Part shown: one piece after another, positions 55,135 to 64,000 of the stretch
Position numbering within the stretch: the first letter of the stretch is position 1
Layout: every line of letters starts with the position of its first letter
Source of the DNA: the human T2T-CHM13v2.0 reference genome, Homo sapiens
Reading direction: 5' to 3' (one strand)
NCBI RefSeq assembly: GCF_009914755.1
Contig: NC_060939.1
DNA: 64,000 bases
Made by a program: the position numbers and the translations under genes
The notes under the pieces: generated by a model
Told to the model about the DNA's origin: nothing
Databases searched by the model: none
Seen by the model: only the letters and a program-made list of their open reading frames with translations

Positions 55135-55370
55135 AAAGTGCCCACCCTGGAGCCAGATAGCCCAGGTTCAAATCCCGGCTCTGCCATTTGCTAGCACTGT
55201 GACCTTGGGCAAAGTTCCTAACTTCCCTCTGCCTCTGTTATCTCAGCTGTGAAACAGGGTGATTACAACTTTCAGTTCATAGTGCTGTGTGAGAAGTGCA
55301 CGAAGAAACACAAGTGAACTGCTTACACAAGTACCTAGCACATAGAAAACATTCACTGAATGTTCATTGT
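55135..55370 (+). mobile_element. MIR in intron 2
   Basis: ctggagccagatagcccaggttcaaatcccggctctgccatttgctagcactgtgaccttgggcaaag. Confidence 0.85.
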
Positions 55371-55640
55371 TACATAAGAACAGACTACAGAGGTTAGAAT
55401 CCTTTACTCAGGAAAGATGAAAGTGGAGATGGGGAATACCAAAGCCTATTTAAGTATTTTTGGAGCAAATAACCAAATCTACGGTGCATCTGCTAGAACT
55501 TGAACACCAAATTTAAGGTAAATAAAAGTAAGGTCTATTTGACAAGGTAGGAAGTAAGCTTATTAAACTAGTTATTTTATCTAATAAGCCATGTGACAAC
55601 TTTAAAGTATACCTTAAATATCTCTGGAATATTCTGTTTA

Positions 55641-55959
<319 letters not shown>

Positions 55960-58900
55960 TTAAAGTTCCTTTTATTTCATTTACATTAGCATCTATACCA
56001 TTTTACTTCATCTTTTATTGTTTAAAAAGTCACTTTTAAATATAATTTAAATTTAAATAATTTAAATATAAGCCAATATATAATACAAATTAAAAATATA
56101 ATATAAACTATATTCATTTAAAGACCAAATAGGACCAGTATGTCTAATCTCTCTAAGCAGTTTAATTTTAGAAACACAAAAGATGATATAAAATGAAAAC
56201 AAAATATCCTTTTGATATGTAATGGGGATCTCAGAGGTATTGAACCACTGTTCTGGGCAGGTTTCTTTATATTTTTCCAAACTATATACATAGAAAACTC
56301 TGAGAACCCCTTAAGATTGGTCACTGGATAGAGTCCAAATTCCACAGTGAGCCAGCTATGAAACTTTAAAAAAAAATTTACACTAATATACCATTCAATT
56401 AGATATAACCTCTCTACCACACTGATACCTTCGAATTATAACACGTCTTATATGAAAATGATCTTAATAAGGTTTGGGGGAAATATACTTAAATATTTAC
56501 TTTTTATTTTAAAAAATTTTCACTTACTCTGCTTTGGACTAATATTTGCTTATGTTCTACTTTACATTTCAGACATAGGCAATAAGAAAGAAATGCAAGT
56601 TTTAATTCCAGGCAGAATTGTTTCTAAATTGAAAAAATTAGGATTCAAATAATTCTGTGAGTATGGCATTTGGATAGCCTACAGTTTCAGGGGATTGTTT
56701 GATTTTTAATCCTCATGAAATTTACAGAAGCAAAAGCTTTACTAAAGAACAAAGAATCTAAGAATAGTGCTTCCTCCCTGCTACACACTCATTCTCCTAA
56801 GAGTATTTCATCCTCTTTGTTGTTCTTTTTTCTCTGATCTAAATTGTGGTCCCTTTGGATTGCATCTAAATCTACACCAGGCATACAGATCTAAATAAGT
56901 GCTAAGTACTCAGTATTTTACCACGATGCTATTGCAGGAACAAGAAATAATAATAAAGTTATGTATTATCTCTTTACTTTGCCCACATGGATAGCTGAAA
57001 GGGCAGCTTCTTGGTGTCAAAAAGATCTAGGTTCCCTTCCTACCTCTGCATTTATTACCTATGTGACCTTGGGAAAGTTATGGAACAAAAAATGAAGTAA
57101 TTGTTAGGTTTGGAGGTAAAGTGTCTTGTATAAAAGAGGTACACTTCATAAGATAGGCTAAGAGCAGGTAGAAATCCACTGTAATATTACAGCTGTTAGA
57201 TTGGGGATAGGGAGAGTCTTTTTCGGTGGAATCAGCCTTTAAAAGCATTACAGGTTTCAGAATTCATTCTTTCATTGCTCAGACAAAATATGAGTTGGTA
57301 AATGTAAGGTAATCAAGTTATCTTACTTATTGTTAAAAACATCCCAGAGCATATACATGCAGTCATGTATTCCTGACTCTCAGTAACTATTTTTCCCCTC
57401 TAGGCATTTATTCCCTCAAAATATTTCTAGGAATACATTTGAAATTAATTTCAGAACCAGTTTTGCAAATCACAAAAAAGACATCAGTTTGCTGTTGCAC
57501 TTCATTTTGGACCCTAAATTGTATGACTCAGCATGACTACTCACCATGGTCACTAGAGTTGGGTCTGATAGACTTTTGATTGTTTCTAAAACTCTAATCC
57601 ATTCACAAAGCACAAAAGTTTGCAGACTTTTAAAAATGATGCCACAGGACGCCAAATTGCATATAGCCTATGGCTGTAACTATATTAAAATGTGCATTGT
57701 GAAAAGGACTAGACACATTGAAATGACAGGAGTGGTTAAAATACTATGATAAAAGTATTCCTCTATTTTTCCCCTTCATCGTCTAAATTTTGGTAATGTA
57801 GACTTGGGGGTGGGGGGTAGGTATTATAAAAGAAATTTAATTAAAAATAAAAAGTGGTGTAGAGTCTTAAAGCATAGAATTCACATTCTATAACTTTGAG
57901 TAAAGATTGAAAAAAAAAGATAATACCTTAAAGATTGTGTGGTCTGATCCTCCATTTCACAGATGGCAAAATGAGGCTTGTCTAAATAACTTAAGTCTCC
58001 TATCAAGTTACTGGCAGGGCTGAATCCAGGTCTCAGTTTTAGTTTAATATTCTTCCGACTATATCATATTTCCAGAAGGAGATTTTCAAAAACCATTATA
58101 AACTTTCTAACATGACATCACAGAAAAAAACACATTTAAGAAAAAGTCTGATGAATTTTCATAATCAGCTCATTACCACGAAGTTGTACTTTATATAAAC
58201 AATGTGTTGATATCTAAACCTATAAAGAAAACTCAAGTTGAACATTTCTACTATATCTTCCAGGATATGTGATTATTCCTTTAGAGTAATAGAGGAAAAA
58301 AAGAATAATAGCTATGGGAGGAAAAAACTAGAAAAATTTATCCTTAATAATAAACTATAGCAGAAAGAAATTTCACCCAAAAGGTCGAAGAAGACAAAGC
58401 CAATCTATTCTAAAGTTCAGAGGTATAAAACATTTTATAAAATATTCTTAGAACATTAAGATATAATTTGTTAAAATATCTTTAAGTTTTATCCATCCAT
58501 CTATACAAAATCTTTCCTTTCATAATTTGAGTGCAGTGAATAGGAACAAGCTTTATTCTTACTGCCTTTTGGGACTGAAACTTTTCTAAAGGACCACCTG
58601 TTGTCCTTCCTTGAGACTGAGTTTTCTAATGAAGCATTCTTCAGCTAGTGCTAAATGAAGATTGTTCAGTATTCAGCTGCACTGTTTGGGCAGTTATTTT
58701 AAGATAAGGCATTCTGTTCTTTTTCAATTTCTTCCACCTATTTATTATCTAGCCCTGTTTTGATTTGGGAAGACAATTCATGGTAATATCCAGCAGCACT
58801 AAATCTATAAATTCTCTAGAATGTGCCGGAAAACTTCCAAAGTATTCTTGGCTCTCGGTAACTATTTTTTCCACCAGGAAAGAATAGAATGAGGGTGATT

Positions 58901-59434
58901 ATGGTGCCAGTGCCACAAAGTGTAAACAAAAAAGATTCAGTCACCTACCATGTTCTAATGGGCCTAAGTGCCATTCTTATATTGGGTTTCTGTGGTAAAA
59001 TAAAAACAGCATTGGGCTTAGAATCAACAGGCTCAGGGTTTATGCCCTAACTCTCAACATTTCAGATCCTTGCAATCCATGTGACATTATTTTACCTCCT
59101 GGGCCTGTTTATCTGTAAAATGGAATACCACCACTCATATTTCATGATAGTTGATATTAAATTATGTATATGGGAGTGCATTGTACACCATGAATATATT
59201 ATTTACTTCATTTCTAAAATGAAAAACAGTTAATTACAGAGCCATCTCCTTTATCTTTTTGTTCTATGTTTTAAATATTATGGTCAGTTGTACACATCAG
59301 AATTGTAATAAGAATATAGTATATATGTGTGTCTATACATATATACACACACTGGTTAGAGTGATTATACGTATGCATGTATATGTGTATATGTATGTAA
59401 TCACTCTAATCAGGAAAATAAATACTAGGAAATA

Positions 59435-59831
59435 TGCTATGGTTTGGGTATTTGTCCACTCCAAATCTCATGTTGAAATTTGATCCTAAATGTTGGAGGT
59501 GGGGAGTAATGGGAGGTGTTTAGATCCTGGGGGTTAATCCTTTCCTAGGGGGTGAGTTCTCTCTCTTTAGTTCCTTTACAGAGCTGGTTGTTTAAAAGAG
59601 CCTGGCACCACCCACCTCTCTCTCTTACTTCCTCTCTCACCATGTGATCTCTGCACACACCAGTTCCCCCTCTATCTTCCACCATGAGTGGAAGCAGCCT
59701 GAGGCTCTCACCAGATGCCCAATCTTGAACTTTTCCAGACAGAGGAATCATGAGCCAAATAAACCTTTTTTTCTTTATAAACTACCCAGTCTCAGGCATT
59801 CCTTTATACACACAAAATGCACTAGGATACA
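59435..59831 (+). mobile_element. MST-type MaLR solo LTR in intron 2
   Basis: tgctatggtttgggtatttgtccactccaaatctcatgttgaaatttgatcc...ccaaataaacc...ctaggataca. Confidence 0.85.
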
Positions 59832-60109
59832 ATGTAAACTACAAAAATCATTTATTTCTCACCCTTCACTAGTCACTGCAGGTAGATGTTCAACAAGCAA
59901 CATGACCAAAGGCAAACAGAATAGAGGGCCTGGCCTAAATAATTCTAACCACCCCAAGAGAACTTTTCACAATGGTTTTTCAGGTGTCAAAATAGCTTGG
60001 ATTAGGGCTGGTTGGATCTCTCAGACCAAATTACCCCAAGGGATAAAATTAATGACTGGAGCTGGTATCATCAGCAGACAGTATGTAGGTGACAGATTTC
60101 TAAGTACTT

Positions 60110-60625
60110 CCCACATCTTTCAAAATGAAAGCCAAAGTCCTTATTAGGATCCACAAGACCTTACATGATCTGCCTATTACCTTTAATCTCATCACCTACT
60201 GCTTTCCCTTGACACTCTTCATTCTAGACATGCAGGTCTTCTGTTTCTTCACCACACAGACTAGCCTCTACCTCAATACCTTTGCAGTCATTTATTCTGC
60301 ATAGAATACTTTTAGCCCAGGCATACAAATGACTCATTTCAAGGTCTTTAGTTACCTTCTCAATTAAGTCCTTTCTGGTTATCCAATCTAAAATTTCAAT
60401 CCTTCCTCTCTGACATTTTTCTCTCTCTCCCCTCCCTGCCTTTACTCCTTGCAACTTATCTCTAACATCATACCTATTTTGCTTATCTTATCTGCTTCCC
60501 CTTACTAAAAGTAAAGCTCTGTGAGAGCAGGAATATTTGTCTATTTTGTTCACTGCCTTATTACTAGCACATTAAAAAAGCATCTGGCATATAGTAAGTA
60601 CTCAATAAATACAACAAATAAATGA
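60110..60625 (+). mobile_element. L2 3' fragment
   Basis: gtaaagctctgtgagagcagg...ctggcatatagtaagtactcaataaata. Confidence 0.75.
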
Positions 60626-60629
60626 ACCA

Positions 60630-61070
60630 CCAGATGACTTAACTATCACCCCAAAACTAGTGGCTAAAAACAACAATTACTTTCACGGTTTTGGGTGTTT
60701 ACTGAGCTAAGCTAGGTAGTTCTCACTCAGGGTCTCTTGTGCAGCTATGGTCAGAGGATGGAGCTAGAATCACCTGAGAGCTCACTCTCTCATATGTCTG
60801 GTGCCTAGGCTGGGAATTTTCAAAATCTGGGGACTGAAACAGCAGCAATTCCTTAGACATCTCTATTTCTATATGGGCTTTTCATGAGGTTTCTCCAGTA
60901 TGGGGGTTTCAACAAAGTAGCAGGACTTACCATGTCGTAGCTTAAGGGAAATGTCCTGTGATGATAGTAAGGAAGTCGTATCACCTTTTATGTAGGGGAT
61001 TAAAGGGTTCTGGAAAACTACGTGGAGCAGAAAAATACCATAACTATTATTGTAATATACAATCTGCCAC
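60630..61070 (-). mobile_element. Old MLT1-family LTR
   Basis: atcaccccaaaactagtggctaaaaacaac...gggtctcttgtgcagct; subfamily uncertain. Confidence 0.55.
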
Positions 61071-62350
61071 ACCAAGAAACACAAAAGGAATCAGTAAGCT
61101 CAAATGCCGTCCCAGCAGACTACAGAACAAGGTTCACCTGAGTGCAGGCAACAGGTGGTCCCAGAGACAAGAATAAGGAAATACCAACCACCTGTGACAG
61201 GGAGTCAACCAAGCACACCAGAGTTTGAGGGTCTGGGAAGACTGAAGCGTCAAAAACCAATAGGTATAGTAAACGACAATAAACATCAACAAAGAGTTGC
61301 CATCAAGTCTTGAAAACCCAAATTCTAGTTCTGACTTCGATACTAACTTTGTGACCTAGGGTAGATAATTTAATGTATGGCATGCTACCTCTATTAGCTA
61401 GTTTTTAGTTTATCAGTAAAGCCTGGTTGGGGATTTCTTATGCAAACCTATCTCGGCCTACGGCTTTCTCTGTTCCTTCCCATGGTAGGTCCCTTGGCCC
61501 TAAAATTGAAAGGACAAAAAACTTCTTAATTTAGTGACTCTCATCTTGTCAGTCCCTAAAGTTTATGAACTTGCATGCTTGTAAGCCTGGTGGATAGAAA
61601 CAAACTGTAGTATTACGTATTTTCTTATATTCCTATTCTAGAGCAAAATTTTAATAGATCCATGTTTTAAATCAATAGACTACACAATATTAAATCTAGT
61701 TATTTTCTCTCATTTGTAATTAGACAACGTTGAAACTGCAAATTTTTTTAGAATATCCAGTTTTCTTGTGACTATCAGCCAAATTCAGCTACATTCAAAT
61801 CATCAAAAATTCTCTGCATGGCAAACTGAAAAACCCCAGCCAAAGCCTCCCATATTCCGAATAATATTTTACACAAAGGTCCTATACCAGAAAATTTGAA
61901 CGGACAGTTGAGATGACTTAACAGATGTGTGCAAATTTGTGAACAAGCTCTGTTCAGCTGCATTATACATCTAAAAAACTAACATCTTTTTTTTCTTCTT
62001 TGAAGTTGGGTTAGGATTTCCAAATTATCTTAATTTTCAAAGCCATGCTGTTGCTACTCACCTACAAGCCCTCTGCCTCTGAACGCTTTTCTGGGTTCCA
62101 AATAACCCTATGTTTGGCACTCAGGATATTCCCTTTAGTCTCCTGGCCTTCCCTCACCCTTTCTATAGAAGCATTAAGTAATGAAGTCATAAAGAAGCAA
62201 AACATTGGACTCTTTTAATCTGTGTATTTTATTTTTCTAGTTTAATAGTGGTTTTATGTGAAGCTGTAGCTTTGAGTATCTATTGTGTTTAGTTGTAAAG
62301 ACATACTCTTTCACTTTATTAGGCATAACAATCATTTCATTTATGTTCAG

Positions 62351-62434
62351 CCCTTGGATTGTCTCAGGATGTTGCAGGCACAACTTTCATGGCAGCGGGC
62401 AGTTCAGCTCCTGAATTAGTTACTGCTTTCCTAG
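62351..62434 (+). CDS. SLC24A5: SLC24A5 coding exon 3, c.302-385 (84 nt); alpha-1 repeat, includes codon 111
   Basis: Acceptor ttatgttcag|C; (S)[27 protein letters not shown](G), the CaCA alpha-1 signature GSSAPE; donor AG|GTAAAT. Confidence 0.98.
62380..62382 (+). other. SLC24A5: Codon 111 = ACA (Thr): derived allele of rs1426654 (A111T, c.331)
   Basis: Summing exon lengths (121+180) places c.331 at 62380 = A; reads DVAGTTFM versus family-conserved DVAGATFM. Confidence 0.95.
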
Positions 62435-62527
62435 GTAAATATTGCTCCTTATACTTCTTGCTTACTCAGTGTGATTTTTATTTTCTTCAAGTTAACACTA
62501 ACTTAGCTGGTACTATCTTGCACATAG

Positions 62528-62631
62528 GTGTATTTATCACAAAGGGAGATATTGGCATTAGCACCATCCTTGGATCTGCAATTTATAATCTCCTTGGCAT
62601 CTGTGCTGCCTGTGGTTTGCTATCTAATACG
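62528..62631 (+). CDS. SLC24A5: SLC24A5 coding exon 4, c.386-489 (104 nt)
   Basis: Acceptor cacatag|G; (G)[34 protein letters not shown], alpha-1 continuation (GSAxxN); donor CG|GTATGT. Confidence 0.97.
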
Positions 62632-62961
62632 GTATGTAACAAAACCATTCAACAAAATGTATTGTCTTAAAAAATTCTAAAGATAACTGTTCGTCGTCTG
62701 GGATGGACAACAGGGCACTAATAATATGTGCAATCAAATTTATTAATCAGTAGAAAAACAACATGTATTCAATTTAATGTTAATCCACAAATAGCTCTTG
62801 GTCAGATTTATGAAAGTCTGTGTAAGTTAGAACACAATTTTACATTTTTTTCTCTAAGCAATATGCAAAAGATAACAATATTTAACTACAAATATATAAA
62901 CAATTTTAGTATTATACTAAGGATTGTACTTGAAGAAGTTACAATGTAATGGAAATAATAA

Positions 62962-63078
<117 letters not shown>

Positions 63079-64000
63079 TAAGCTTGAAAATAATTCTTAT
63101 GTAAAAATTAGAGATTTTATGAATTTCTGATGGTTCAGTAATTTTTTTTCAGAAATGTTATTTCAGTCACTTAATCTGCCACTTCTATACCATATTCCAA
63201 CAGGTCTGTGAGTTAACCTCATCACAATTGCTGATTGAGTTCTTCTCACTAGTTTGCAATTTCTTCTTAATCACTTCACAGTCTCCTTTTTTCTCTCACT
63301 AGTCACTGGAGACCACCACTTTTCCTTCTCCCCACTGGCTGCCTATTCAGAAAGTTTCCCAACTCCTGTTGTCCATTAAAGCCACAACAGTTGACTTTTT
63401 CTTCTGCTGGGTTACTGCTCACCTTGCCTTGGTTAGAAGTGTTCATGGCCACAAAAGACTGGAGAAGGATGGTAGAGGAAGTAAAAGAAGTCTTTTTAAA
63501 TTCCTCCAAACTTCTGATGCTCATTCAGGAGAAACTATAGCCTTCCTCTAAGAAATAACAATGCTTAGCTTTTCATATTAAAAATTGTTTGCTTTCCTTA
63601 CAATCTCTCTGTGCCTAGCTGGTCCAAGAAAATGAAAAAGGTGGTGACTGAGTGGACAGATACTAACTTTTTCAACTAGTAAGCAGCAGGCACCTACTAG
63701 GTCCTTCTCACTATGCTAGATATCATAAGGGATAATGAAATGTAAAACACAGCTACACAGGTTATATACATTGCATAACTCCAGAGGACACCAGAAAAAT
63801 ATGAAAAAAAAAAAATGTAATGGTGTCCATCTGGAGAACCATAACCTTGCAGCACGGCGTAATACCTGCTATCAAGAAACTTAAAACCTAGCCAGAAGCA
63901 TAATTTCTAAACTAATCATCCTGTCCTCTAGTCCGTCTCCCTAAGACACTGTGTTGGTAGAATAGAAATCCTTCTAGAACTCAGCAGTTGTCTGTAAGGG

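Noticed and set aside
59644-60147. 167-aa ORF in intron 2
   Set aside because: Begins inside an MST LTR, non-ATG start, no domain.

Overview
Human genomic DNA: it carries primate Alu, L1PA, THE1/MST and MLT2A elements, and the coding exons translate to SLC24A5/NCKX5, the K+-dependent Na+/Ca2+ exchanger pigmentation gene on 15q21. About the first 49 kb is repeat-rich upstream sequence (Alu, L1, L2, MIR, MaLR/ERVL LTRs, MER DNA transposons) with no credible protein-coding gene. SLC24A5 coding exons 1-5 lie on the + strand at 49149-49269, 49961-50140, 62351-62434, 62528-62631 and 62977-63077. All have GT-AG boundaries and join into one open frame (c.1-590), and the gene continues past the window end. 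Codon 111 reads ACA (Thr), the derived light-pigmentation allele of rs1426654. I see no evidence of a new multi-gene system. The most testable oddities are a stop-free, in-frame 93-nt intron 3, an MITF-type E-box that is also a uORF start at the promoter, candidate distal MITF/SOX elements, a sense-oriented MLT2A LTR with an E-box overlapping a splice donor, a minus-strand polyA signal in intron 4, and a ~100-bp local templated duplication. Repeat subfamily names were assigned by eye from remembered consensus sequences, and boundaries of old repeats are approximate.
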